From contig CBDEUS010000002.1 in assembly GCA_965243395.1 (NCBI GenBank), forward strand, positions 64,001 to 128,000: a stretch of DNA of 64,000 bases. The letters are read 5' to 3'. This document shows, one piece after another, positions 51,002 to 60,481 of this stretch; position 1 is the first letter of the stretch, and the number at the start of each line of letters is the position of its first letter. Origin of the DNA: Gammaproteobacteria bacterium (lineage in GTDB: Bacteria > Pseudomonadota > Gammaproteobacteria > UBA4575). The notes beneath the pieces were generated by a model that was not told the DNA's origin, searched no databases, and saw only the letters and a program-made list of their open reading frames with translations. Made by a program: the position numbers and the translations under genes.

Positions 51002-52402
51002 TTAAACGTGAACTTTAATCCACCTATTTTGACGAAAAATTATCAATGAAATAACAGCCATAAGGCTTTCCGCAATAAAGATGGCCCAGAAAACACCATC
51101 GGGATGCTCAAGAACCTTCAATGAAAACCAGTATGCAAATGGGATCTGAATTATCCAAAAACAAATAATATTTATCCAAGTGGGTGTATAGGTGTCACCC
51201 GCACCGTTAAAGGCTTGTATCATTGCCAATCCCAACCCATACAACCCAAAACCGTAACTTAAAATACGCAAACATTTAGCACCAATATCAATGACATCTG
51301 CTTCATGAGTAAACAACCCGATAATAAATTCAGGAATTACAATAAATACAAAAGAAATTAAAATCATTAAAGCAACGTTGTATTTAGTAACTTGATAGAC
51401 CGCCTGTTTTGCTCTTTCTGTATTTTTTGCACCCAAATTTTGGCCGACTAATGTTGATACCGAATTACTCAAACCCCATACGGGCATAATAATAAAATCG
51501 ATAACACGTATAGCAATGGTGTAACCCGCAAGTGCTGTACTGCCAAATTCCGCGATTATTTTCATTAAAAAAATCCAACTCGATGTGGCAATAAAAAATT
51601 GCAAAATTCCACCTATGGATACTTTTACCAATAACACGAGTTCATCAATAACGAGGGTCAAATCTTTAAATGCTAATTGAATTCTTGAAGAACCTTTATA
51701 CAAACTGTAAGCCACATACACTATTCCAATACCGCGCCCAAAAGTTGTGGCAATCGCAGCACCTTCTATACCCAACTTTGGAAAAGGACCTATGCCAAAA
51801 ATCAAACACGGGTCTAAAAAAATGTTAATGATGCTTGCTATCCAAATTGCTTTCATAGCAATAACAGGATTCCCTGCGCCCCTGCATATTCCATTTAAAA
51901 TAAATAACAACAGAATGGTTGCAGACCCGCCGAGCATAATAGCGGTATAACCATAATACTCATTTATGATTGTTTCAGAGGCGCCTACAAACGATAAAAT
52001 ATCTTTTGCAAATACGAAGCCACAAACTCCTATCACAATAGAAAGCACGATGCCTAACAATATTGATTGTCCGGCTAGTACTTTCGCACGTTGTATTTCA
52101 TTTTCACCAATTCTTCTTGCCACTAGTGCTGTTACAGAAATGCTCAATCCAATTCCAATGGCATACAACAATGTAATCACGGCTTCCGTGATTCCCACCG
52201 TAGCCACAGCTTCGGTTCCAAGTTTGGCAACAAAGAAAATATCCGTGATCGCAAACAGGGCCTCTATAGAAGTTTCCAACATCATCGGAATCGCAAGAAG
52301 CACAACTGCTTTATTCAAAGGAATACGTGTATAGTCATACTCATCACCCTGCAACGCAGACTTAACGAGCGCCCACCAATTCATTTGTTCAATCGTTTTC
52401 AT
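51002..52402 (-). CDS. MATE family efflux transporter
   Basis: LAIPMMLE, DIFFVAKLG, NIFLDPCLIFG, LGIEGAAIAT, VGQNLGA; ATGA overlap with the upstream EamA gene. Confidence 0.92.
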   Translation of the reverse strand: MKTIEQMNWWALVKSALQGDEYDYTRIPLNKAVVLLAIPMMLETSIEALFAITDIFFVAKLGTEAVATVGITEAVITLLYAIGIGLSISVTALVARRIGENEIQRAKVLAGQSILLGIVLSIVIGVCGFVFAKDILSFVGASETIINEYYGYTAIMLGGSATILLLFILNGICRGAGNPVIAMKAIWIASIINIFLDPCLIFGIGPFPKLGIEGAAIATTFGRGIGIVYVAYSLYKGSSRIQLAFKDLTLVIDELVLLVKVSIGGILQFFIATSSWIFLMKIIAEFGSTALAGYTIAIRVIDFIIMPVWGLSNSVSTLVGQNLGAKNTERAKQAVYQVTKYNVALMILISFVFIVIPEFIIGLFTHEADVIDIGAKCLRILSYGFGLYGLGLAMIQAFNGAGDTYTPTWINIICFWIIQIPFAYWFSLKVLEHPDGVFWAIFIAESLMAVISLIIFRQNRWIKVHV

Positions 52403-53310
52403 GATGCTTTACAACTTTTACAATTAAGTTCATTGCCTGCACATAGTTTTGAAGATGACTTATTTGCAGGTAATTCAAAAAGAGCTAATCCAAACAAAAT
52501 GAGCCCTCCACCAACAAAGATGGAAACCGATAGAGGCTCATTATTTAAATAAGAACCCAGTAGTAAGGCACACACCGGTGTTATTAATGCTATGAGTGAA
52601 ACTTTCACTGCATTTAACTTATTCAATATGTAGTAATACATTGAAAAACCGGCCGCAGTCGCGATAGCCCCTAAATACAAAATCGAGAGAACAGGTCGAG
52701 TAGTAAAATTGCCAACGGACTCACCCGATAATAAAAAAGTCACCATGATTAATGGTACGGCTACAAGCAAACCTCCAAACGTAGATTGTGTTCCTGTAAT
52801 AGGTGCATTGATTTTCTTCAGAATCACAGCACTTGTAGCATGCGCAACTGTACTCATTAGCATGGCAAGCACACCAAATATTGAATGGATACCCATAGCA
52901 GCACTGGTATGAAAAATTACAATTAACCCAATAATTCCTAAAACCATTCCAAGTGTTTTATATTTTGTGAAATGGTTTTCATCTAATAAGACAATCGAAG
53001 CAACACCCGTGAAAATGGGGGATAAACCAAAAATCACAGAGATCCATCCAGATGGAATGTATTGAGCACTCCAATATACAAGTGACATCGCAAAATAAAT
53101 TCCCAAACCAGCAGCCAGATAGGCAACACAAGCTTGCATATTGAAAATTAGCTTTTGTCTGGAAACAGCAAATAATACGCCCAGCACAACAAGACCGAGA
53201 CTCATACGAGACATCAGTCCAAATAACATTCCAGATTCAATGCTCCACTGGATAGCAAGAGGAGTAGTACTCCAAATCAGCATGACAGATATATAAGTTG
53301 TTTTAACCAT
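52399..53310 (-). CDS. EamA/DMT family transporter
   Basis: IWSTTPLAIQWS, ~10 TM, two EamA halves; ATG at 53310 preferred because the track's TTG start lies inside the terminator T-run. Confidence 0.88.
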   Translation of the reverse strand: MVKTTYISVMLIWSTTPLAIQWSIESGMLFGLMSRMSLGLVVLGVLFAVSRQKLIFNMQACVAYLAAGLGIYFAMSLVYWSAQYIPSGWISVIFGLSPIFTGVASIVLLDENHFTKYKTLGMVLGIIGLIVIFHTSAAMGIHSIFGVLAMLMSTVAHATSAVILKKINAPITGTQSTFGGLLVAVPLIMVTFLLSGESVGNFTTRPVLSILYLGAIATAAGFSMYYYILNKLNAVKVSLIALITPVCALLLGSYLNNEPLSVSIFVGGGLILFGLALFELPANKSSSKLCAGNELNCKSCKAS

Positions 53311-53329
53311 TAGTAATTTTTCATAAGGC

Positions 53330-53363
53330 AAAAAAAAGGCCGCTAGTTTTACCTGCGGCCTTT
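53330..53363 (-). terminator. intrinsic terminator/attenuator in the EamA leader
   Basis: Minus strand AAAGGCCGC-AGGTAAAACTA-GCGGCCTTT-TTTTT, ending ~20 nt before the EamA ATG. Confidence 0.85.
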
Positions 53364-53386
53364 CGAAACGAATTCTTTGATTCAGC

Positions 53387-53470
53387 TCAACATAAACACA
53401 CAGGCAAGGAATTATCTGGACGCACTACCAGATCCCAAGTGATTTTTAGTTTTGTGGCTGAAATATTCAT
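53387..53470 (-). CDS. candidate leader peptide MNISATKLKITWDLVVRPDNSLPVCLC*
   Basis: Manual translation; the ATG lies 7 nt after the -10 box (leaderless) and the stop lies 23 nt before the terminator. Confidence 0.65.
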   Translation of the reverse strand: MNISATKLKITWDLVVRPDNSLPVCLC

Positions 53471-53477
53471 GGCGCGA

Positions 53478-53505
53478 ATTCTACATTTACATAATGCCAA
53501 GTCAA
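53478..53505 (-). promoter_or_regulatory. sigma70 promoter
   Basis: TTGACT-16 nt-TAGAAT followed by GC-rich discriminator TCGCGCC. Confidence 0.7.
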
Positions 53506-53590
53506 TAGGATTTTCAAAATATTTAAATAAATATGGACGAGTGGTTAGTCAATTTTGACAGTAGAGTTACATATAAAAGTAATTGGTGTT

Positions 53591-53724
53591 TTAAACGATG
53601 TGAAAAATTTCGGATCTATATGTGTGATCCCCATCAACTTTAACATCTTCCAATGCTCCCTTAGCCAAATCTATATCCGCTTGGCTATTTTCTATTAAAT
53701 TATTCTTTCTGATAGATAGCCCAT
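53591..53724 (-). pseudogene. truncated, frameshifted Rcp1-type response regulator remnant
   Basis: With one base restored it reads MGYLSERIILIENSQADIDLAKGALEDVKVDGD, matching the ILLVEDNPADxxLxxEAL receiver start; lies directly downstream of the kinase. Confidence 0.6.
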
Positions 53725-53763
53725 ATCAATATCAGTTATATATTAGGTTTTTTTAAGTTATTG

Positions 53764-55743
53764 TTAGGCAGCAATACTATTAATATTTTCTACAGTATAT
53801 CGATCATCAATTGGCAAAGTAAAAATAAATGTAGATCCTTCGTTTGGTTTTGATTCTAATGTGATTTTTCCCCCATGTCGCTCAACTATTTTCTTACAAA
53901 TAGACAATCCAATCCCTGTGCCAGGATATTTATCTCGTGTGTGTAATCGCTCAAATATTAAGAATATTTTTTCATGATGTTTTTCTTCTATACCAACACC
54001 ATTGTCTGTTATATAAAACTTCCAATATTCAGATTCTTTGCATGCTTTTATGTGGATTTTTGGTGGCTTACTGAGATTATACTTAATGGCATTACTTATA
54101 ATATTTTGAAAAACAGTTTTTATTTGCACTGGATCAGCGTAAATAGTTGGCATTTCATCCCATGAAATCAAAGAATATGTTTCATTAATTTTAATTTTCA
54201 GATCATTTTTAATCTGACGCAAAATTTTCTCAATCCATATGGATTCCTTTGGTGTATTTTGTGTATCTACACGAGAAAACTTTAATAACCCGTCAATTAG
54301 TGATTCCATTCTTGAGCAACCTGATAGAACATAATCAATGAATTTATCCGCATCTTTATCTAATTCATTTGAATATCGTTTTGATAATAACTTTGAATAA
54401 CTGCTTATAGCTCGTAATGGTTCTTGCAAGTCATGAGAGGCTACATAAGCAAATAAACTAAGATCTTCATTTGACCTTTTCAGCAATATTGATTGTTTTC
54501 TTAACTTCTCGTTTATAACTTTTCGTTCTGAAATTTGATTTTTTAATGTATCTAGTGCAAGAGATAACTTCGAAAATTCATCATTACCCGAGGTGTCGAT
54601 CTCAAAGTTTAAATTTTCTTTAGATAACATGTTTGTCACATCAGATAAATTTGAGAGTCTCAATACAATATCTTTATAAACAAATTTAACTATAATGAAT
54701 ATGAAAATAATAATTGATAAAAGAGCAATTAAATAAAAAATATACTTGCTAGTTAAAATTGTATTACTTAAAGTATTTGCTGAATTTTCAGTACTATCTT
54801 TTACAGATTCACTCAATTGATTTACATTTTCATTTATTTTTTTTGTCAATAAGAAATTTTCTCCGTGAATTTCGTATACTTTTTTATGTGTATTAATTAA
54901 ATTTAGTTTTAATTCAAATATGTCAGGTGTATCTTGCCCATATTTAATTAATGTTAAGATGTGTTTGCCTAATACATCTTGTAGCTGAAGCTCTTTATTG
55001 CTCACAACTTCTCTGGTAATCGCCCTCAGCGAATGATCAAATTCCTGCTCAATTCCTAAAACACTATTCCGAGTACTAGCCTCGTCAATCACTATCAAGT
55101 CTTTACGCAATTCAGCAGATCTGGCTATTAAATCAGAAATAACTTCAAGATTTAAAATGCTAGTCGTTGTATATTTCTCATATTCCTTTTTATTACGTAT
55201 TTCCTTTGTATGCTCAGAAATATCTGCTTTTACATTAATTTTCTTTAGTGATATTAATTGAGTTAATTTTTCTAATGCTTCACGCATCAAAATTGTTTCA
55301 TTATTATAATTAATTTGACGTTGTAAATTACTAGCTAACGCATTGTATTCAAGATTCAAATTAACTTCCAAGATAAGTAGCGTAGATTTTACATTTTTAA
55401 TTATTTCACTATATTGCAAATTATTTTTTAAGCCCTCAAGTTCGATATGCATATTATGAATAGATTCAAAAGATTCATCTGTTCTTGTATTTAATTCATA
55501 TATTGTTTTTGATTCACTCATTTTGATAGTTGACTGTGCAAGATCATGTGCATACGTAGACATGGTATTTACACTAACAAGCGCGGGGATAGAAGAATCA
55601 GTTAATGCATATTTAGATTCTTCAATTTTACGCAATATTACACTTGAAATAATTACAGTAATAATAACTAAAAATAATCCTATTGAAAAAAATAGGATTA
55701 GCTTTTGACTAATCTCAAAAGAATTAAACTTATTTAAAAGCAT
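53764..55743 (-). CDS. membrane sensor histidine kinase (long helical periplasmic domain, HAMP, Cph1-like HisKA/HATPase)
   Basis: Two TMs, FAYVASHDLQEPLR, NIISNAIKY, DNGVGI, GTGIGLSICKKIVERHGG. Confidence 0.92.
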   Translation of the reverse strand: MLLNKFNSFEISQKLILFFSIGLFLVIITVIISSVILRKIEESKYALTDSSIPALVSVNTMSTYAHDLAQSTIKMSESKTIYELNTRTDESFESIHNMHIELEGLKNNLQYSEIIKNVKSTLLILEVNLNLEYNALASNLQRQINYNNETILMREALEKLTQLISLKKINVKADISEHTKEIRNKKEYEKYTTTSILNLEVISDLIARSAELRKDLIVIDEASTRNSVLGIEQEFDHSLRAITREVVSNKELQLQDVLGKHILTLIKYGQDTPDIFELKLNLINTHKKVYEIHGENFLLTKKINENVNQLSESVKDSTENSANTLSNTILTSKYIFYLIALLSIIIFIFIIVKFVYKDIVLRLSNLSDVTNMLSKENLNFEIDTSGNDEFSKLSLALDTLKNQISERKVINEKLRKQSILLKRSNEDLSLFAYVASHDLQEPLRAISSYSKLLSKRYSNELDKDADKFIDYVLSGCSRMESLIDGLLKFSRVDTQNTPKESIWIEKILRQIKNDLKIKINETYSLISWDEMPTIYADPVQIKTVFQNIISNAIKYNLSKPPKIHIKACKESEYWKFYITDNGVGIEEKHHEKIFLIFERLHTRDKYPGTGIGLSICKKIVERHGGKITLESKPNEGSTFIFTLPIDDRYTVENINSIAA

Positions 55744-55950
55744 ATTAAAGAAAATACGAAAAGTGCCGACATACAGTGTACTTGCTTATAACTAAATTAC
55801 ATTGCTGCAAACCGATCGCGGAATAATGAAACAAAGTGTTTTCAAACTTGCACACAAATCCCTTGTATAAATATTTGAGTAGAAATTAAATTAGCCTTAA
55901 AAACTATAGACTATATAACGGCAATGAGTGTGAAAAATTGAGGTGGGAAA

Positions 55951-57426
55951 ATGAAATATAGCTTTTCAAAAAGTCGTCGAAATTTGATCAAAAATACTGT
56001 CTACGCAACAATAGCTTCGCAATTTTCATCTAATGCACTATTTGCAAGGTCTAACCAAGCTAAATTCATGCTTGAGAATTTAGATTCACAAATAGTAGAA
56101 CGGGTTAAAAAGATGACAAACGGTAAAGCGTTATCTTTATCAATTTTACAACCTAAAGGCTCGCTAGGAAATGTTAAACCTGTTGGGGATAAATTTTCAC
56201 AACTAACAGGAGTAAAGGTAAATTATATTGAAGCATCACTTGATGAAATAAATGTAAAGATACTATCTCAATCACTCTCTAATGAAACATATTTTGACAT
56301 ATCTCTTCCTGCTACTTTTGGATTACCTGATTTAATAGAAGCAGGTTCAATACGAGAATTAGATGAATTCGTTGAGAAATATGAACCGACTAATTTTGAT
56401 AGTGAAATGCTTTATCCTATTGGGGATTCCTATAAAGGTAAATTTTATGGATACCAAACTGATGGTGATACCTATTTAATGTTTTATAACAAAGTTTGGT
56501 TAGAAGATGAAACAGAACAAAATAATTTCTATGAAAAATATGGTTACCCGCTAGACACCCCTCAGACATGGGAACAACTTGATCAAATGATCGAATTTTT
56601 CCATCGGCCAGAGAAAAATATGTATGGTGGTGCTTTATATCGAAATAAAGATTACATTGCATGGGAATGGTGGACACGTTTTCACGCAAAAGGATATTAT
56701 CCTTTTAATAATTTGCTACAACCACAAATTAACACACAAGAAGGTGTTGACGCTCTTTCAGAATTAATTAAAACAACAAAATACTTATACCCTCAATCTA
56801 AAACGAATGGACTCTTTGAAAATTGGGAAGCATTTGCAGAAGGAAATATGTTTTGCAACATTGGCTGGGGAGGAACTCAAAAGTACTTAAATGGACCTAA
56901 ATCTAAAATTAAAGGTAAATTAGCTTTTGGACCTACTCCGGGTGGGATCGTAAATCATAAATTGCTGCATACCCCTTATTTCAACTGGGGATGGAATTAC
57001 ACAGTATCCAATTTTTCAAGACATCCTGAGATTGCATATTTATTTACGCTTTATGCATGCAGCCCGAATATGTCTACAGAGGCTGTTAAATTTGCGGATG
57101 GTTATTTTGACCCATTTCGCAGCGAACATTACGTTAACAAAGAAATTATCAAAACCTACTCTGAGCCATTTTTAGCTGCACATAAATTTAGTATGGAGAA
57201 TAGCATTCCTGATTTATATCTCTCAGGACAAGGAGAATATTGGGACATACTAAAAGAAAACATTGATCTAGCAGACCGTGGCACTCTTAGTCCCGAAATA
57301 GCATTAAATACAACGGCTAAAGCATGGAATCAAATTACTTCACGATATGGTAAACAAGAACAGTTAGAACAGTGGCGTTTCTTAAAAAGTAAGTATCCAG
57401 AAAATATAAGAACTAAACTAATTTAG
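55951..57426 (+). CDS. Tat-exported extracellular solute-binding protein (sugar SBP family 1-like)
   Basis: SRRNLIK twin-arginine motif, MFYNK, PQTWEQLDQMIEFF; no permease genes nearby. Confidence 0.8.
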   Translation: MKYSFSKSRRNLIKNTVYATIASQFSSNALFARSNQAKFMLENLDSQIVERVKKMTNGKALSLSILQPKGSLGNVKPVGDKFSQLTGVKVNYIEASLDEINVKILSQSLSNETYFDISLPATFGLPDLIEAGSIRELDEFVEKYEPTNFDSEMLYPIGDSYKGKFYGYQTDGDTYLMFYNKVWLEDETEQNNFYEKYGYPLDTPQTWEQLDQMIEFFHRPEKNMYGGALYRNKDYIAWEWWTRFHAKGYYPFNNLLQPQINTQEGVDALSELIKTTKYLYPQSKTNGLFENWEAFAEGNMFCNIGWGGTQKYLNGPKSKIKGKLAFGPTPGGIVNHKLLHTPYFNWGWNYTVSNFSRHPEIAYLFTLYACSPNMSTEAVKFADGYFDPFRSEHYVNKEIIKTYSEPFLAAHKFSMENSIPDLYLSGQGEYWDILKENIDLADRGTLSPEIALNTTAKAWNQITSRYGKQEQLEQWRFLKSKYPENIRTKLI

Positions 57427-57447
57427 TCCAGTAACTTTCAAATTTAA

Positions 57448-57492
57448 TGGTAGCCAGCGGCAGAATCGAACTGCCGACATGAGGATTTTCAG
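57448..57492 (-). pseudogene. 3' half of tRNA-Phe(GAA), att-like remnant
   Basis: Minus strand CTGAAAA-TCCTC-ATGTC-GGCAG-TTCGATT-CTGCC-GCTGGCT-A-CCA: anticodon loop, T-arm and CCA intact; D-arm and 5' half absent. Confidence 0.85.
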
Positions 57493-57953
57493 AATCACCC
57501 GAAATTATTCTCATCTAATAATACCAGTTTCCTCAATCTCAATTATGTGGATAAGAGTATCACCAAACAGCTTTGCACTTTGTCAGTACATGTGTATGCG
57601 CGTGTTAGATGTCACTATTAACAATGGTATATAACAGAGAAGCAACAGCCACGTACAACTAAGCAGTAGCTATCACATTTGAGTAAAAAGCTCTTTTGGA
57701 AGTTTTATCGTTCTCTGCTTTTGCATGCTTAGTACCCATATGAGCTGTAAGAGCTAGATCATATGCTCTTATATTACTTTACAAATTTTATTTACGTAAA
57801 AGTATGTTCATCGTTAAAAAATGTCCGTTTATTTCTAAAACGATGCCATATAACTCTATTTGGCTGGTGAATTATGACTCTACAAGAAGAATAAATTTTT
57901 ATTCGTTCCTGCCGATAAATTCTTAATTCAATTTACTTTCTAGCAACAACACA

Positions 57954-59423
57954 ATGAATACAATCAAACTTATTGCTTTATCACTTTTTTCTTTATTTAT
58001 TCTATTTCCTTTTAATGCGTACGCAGCAACTGCATCACATGAAATACAAAATTTTACGACGCACTGGGCTGGAATTCTTGCATTAGTTATATTTGCAATT
58101 TCTTATTCTCTGGTAATTTTTGAAGAGCAATTACACTTAAGAAAATCCAAACCAGTACTTGTTTCTGCCGGTATAGTTTGGCTAATAGTTGCACTTGTAT
58201 ACATATCACATGGAGACACTCATACAGCTGAAGTATTAGTTCGTCATAATATTCTTGAGTTTGCAGAGTTGTTTTTATTCTTACTCGCTGCAATGACATT
58301 TATTAATACAATGTACGAGCGGGGGATATTTGACTGGCTGCGTGCATGGATGTTGAAAAAAGGATTTAGTCTACGAGGTGTGTTTTGGGCAACAGGTGTT
58401 GTTTCATTTTTCCTTTCACCCATAGCGGATAACCTTACAACAGCTTTACTTATGGCCACCGTCGCCATGGCTGTGGGTGGCACCAATATCAAGTTCACAA
58501 GTATCGCTTGTGTCAATATTGTCGTTGCCGCAAATGCCGGTGGTGCATTCAGCCCATTTGGTGATATCACCACATTAATGGTTTGGCAAAAAGGAATCGT
58601 TGAGTTCCAAGAGTTCTTTGTATTATTCATTCCATCAGTGGTGAATTGGATAATACCTGCAGTAATTTTAAGTTTCTTCATTTCTAACTCAAAACCAGAA
58701 AGTGTTCATAAAGAAGTCGTACTACGACAAGGTGCATGGATTGTAGTAATTTTATTTTTACTAACGATTGCAATGGCTGTATGCACACATAACTTCTTAC
58801 ACCTCCCTCCTGTCCTCGGCATGATGACAGGCTTAGGAATACTCAAGTTTTTTGGGTATTACTTAAAAATGACAGACAAAGACTCATTTGAAGGAGAAGG
58901 AATTGATGAGATTGAAGACGAAGCACTAGATATTGAAGATGATGCGACACCAGTAGAATATGAACAAAAAAGACTGCATGAAAAATTTGATATATTCAAA
59001 TCGATAGAACGTGCCGAGTGGGACACCCTCATGTTTTTTTACGGTGTTATTTTAAGCGTAGGTGGATTGGGTGCACTGGGTTACATGGCGCTAGGATCCG
59101 AATTAATGTATGAAGGGTTAGGTGCTACGAATGCAAATATTCTTGTAGGTTTCCTTTCTGCATTATTCGACAACATCCCAGTGATGTTTGCGGTACTCGC
59201 CATGGAACCGGCAATGAGCCATGGTCAATGGCTGCTTGTAACTTTAACCGCCGGTGTCGGTGGCTCTATGCTTTCTATTGGGTCGGCTGCAGGCGTTGCC
59301 GTAATGGGACAAGCACGCGGAATTTATACATTCTTTGCACATTTGAAATGGTCTTGGGCCATAGCACTCGGTTATGCCGCAAGTATATGGACACATTTTC
59401 TAGTGAATGGAAATTTATTTTAG
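57954..59423 (+). CDS. nhaD: NhaD-family Na+/H+ antiporter
   Basis: LRKSKPVL, ADNLTTALL, AANAGGAFSPFGDITTLMVW, DNIPV, GGSMLSIGSAAGV. Confidence 0.9.
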   Translation: MNTIKLIALSLFSLFILFPFNAYAATASHEIQNFTTHWAGILALVIFAISYSLVIFEEQLHLRKSKPVLVSAGIVWLIVALVYISHGDTHTAEVLVRHNILEFAELFLFLLAAMTFINTMYERGIFDWLRAWMLKKGFSLRGVFWATGVVSFFLSPIADNLTTALLMATVAMAVGGTNIKFTSIACVNIVVAANAGGAFSPFGDITTLMVWQKGIVEFQEFFVLFIPSVVNWIIPAVILSFFISNSKPESVHKEVVLRQGAWIVVILFLLTIAMAVCTHNFLHLPPVLGMMTGLGILKFFGYYLKMTDKDSFEGEGIDEIEDEALDIEDDATPVEYEQKRLHEKFDIFKSIERAEWDTLMFFYGVILSVGGLGALGYMALGSELMYEGLGATNANILVGFLSALFDNIPVMFAVLAMEPAMSHGQWLLVTLTAGVGGSMLSIGSAAGVAVMGQARGIYTFFAHLKWSWAIALGYAASIWTHFLVNGNLF

Positions 59424-59441
59424 CGATTAAAATTAATACTA

Positions 59442-60248
59442 ATGGTTAATCTAGATAATAATATTAAGAAAAAGAAGCTGAGTAAAAAATACTACCAAAA
59501 AGAATTACTACACTTACAAAAAGAACTCATCAAATTACAAGAATGGGTAAAACAAGAAAAATTACGTGTAGTAGTAGTATTTGAAGGACGCGATGCTGCG
59601 GGTAAAGGCGGTGTAATTAAACGCATTATGCAACACCTAAACCCACGTATATGTCATATTGTTGCACTCGGCACCCCTAGCGATCGTGAACGCAGTCAGT
59701 GGTATTTTCAACGCTATGTTGCGCATCTTCCTGCTGCCGGAGAAATCATGCTATTTGATCGCAGCTGGTACAACCGTGCAGGTGTGGAACGCGTAATGGA
59801 GTTTTGTAATGATGATGAATATTGGCAGTTTTTACGCGACTGTCCTCAGTTTGAAAGAATGTTAATTCAATCTGGCATCATTCTTCGAAAATATTGGTTC
59901 TCGGTCAGCAACGAAGAACAAGAACGTCGTTTTCAAGCAAGAAATAATGAGCCAACTAAACGCTGGAAACTCAGCCCAATGGATATTGAAGCACGCAACC
60001 GGTGGAATGACTATTCACGCGCCAAAGACATTATGTTCGATCATACAGATATTCGTGAAGCACCTTGGCATATTGTTGATGCAGATAATAAAAAACGTGC
60101 ACGTCTAAATTGTATAAGCCATCTACTTAGTTCAATTGACTACAAAGATCTAACACCAAAAGTGTCTAAGCTACCGACACGCGTTATAAAGAACAACTAT
60201 GTCCGTGCACCTATAAATAAAAATAATCTTGTTGACCAAGGTTATTAA
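59442..60248 (+). CDS. ppk2: polyphosphate kinase 2
   Basis: FEGRDAAGKGG, WYFQRY, FDRSWYNRAGVERVM, WKLSPMD. Confidence 0.95.
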   Translation: MVNLDNNIKKKKLSKKYYQKELLHLQKELIKLQEWVKQEKLRVVVVFEGRDAAGKGGVIKRIMQHLNPRICHIVALGTPSDRERSQWYFQRYVAHLPAAGEIMLFDRSWYNRAGVERVMEFCNDDEYWQFLRDCPQFERMLIQSGIILRKYWFSVSNEEQERRFQARNNEPTKRWKLSPMDIEARNRWNDYSRAKDIMFDHTDIREAPWHIVDADNKKRARLNCISHLLSSIDYKDLTPKVSKLPTRVIKNNYVRAPINKNNLVDQGY

Positions 60249-60375
60249 CTTTTTTAGATCAAACTTTTGGATGTCAGTGTTTAAGCTGAAATGTTAACTC
60301 TTCTTTTAATTGCGAATAGAAGATCTTCTATCCTCTATTCCTGAGTATATTGATAAGGGGAACACCAATCCTCAT

Positions 60376-60408
60376 AGCTCTATGTGCTAAAAGATGACAC
60401 ATAGAGCT
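60376..60408. terminator. inverted repeat between convergent ppk2 and flotillin genes
   Basis: agctctatgtg ... cacatagagct perfect 11-bp stem. Confidence 0.55.
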
Positions 60409-60481
60409 TATTGAATAGTAGCATTTGAATCTTACATAAAATGTATAAGCAGTAAGCTGCATAAGACTAAATAAAAATTAT

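Noticed and set aside
53311-53331. ORF-track TTG start for EamA
   Set aside because: Falls within the terminator T-run; the ATG at 53310 gives a typical N-terminus
57448-57520. Functional tRNA-Phe gene
   Set aside because: 5' acceptor strand, D-arm and 5' anticodon stem are missing
57600-57745. Short minus-strand frame MGTKHAKAEND... with an in-frame TAG and hydrophobic tail
   Set aside because: Too short and no recognisable homology; cannot be distinguished from chance
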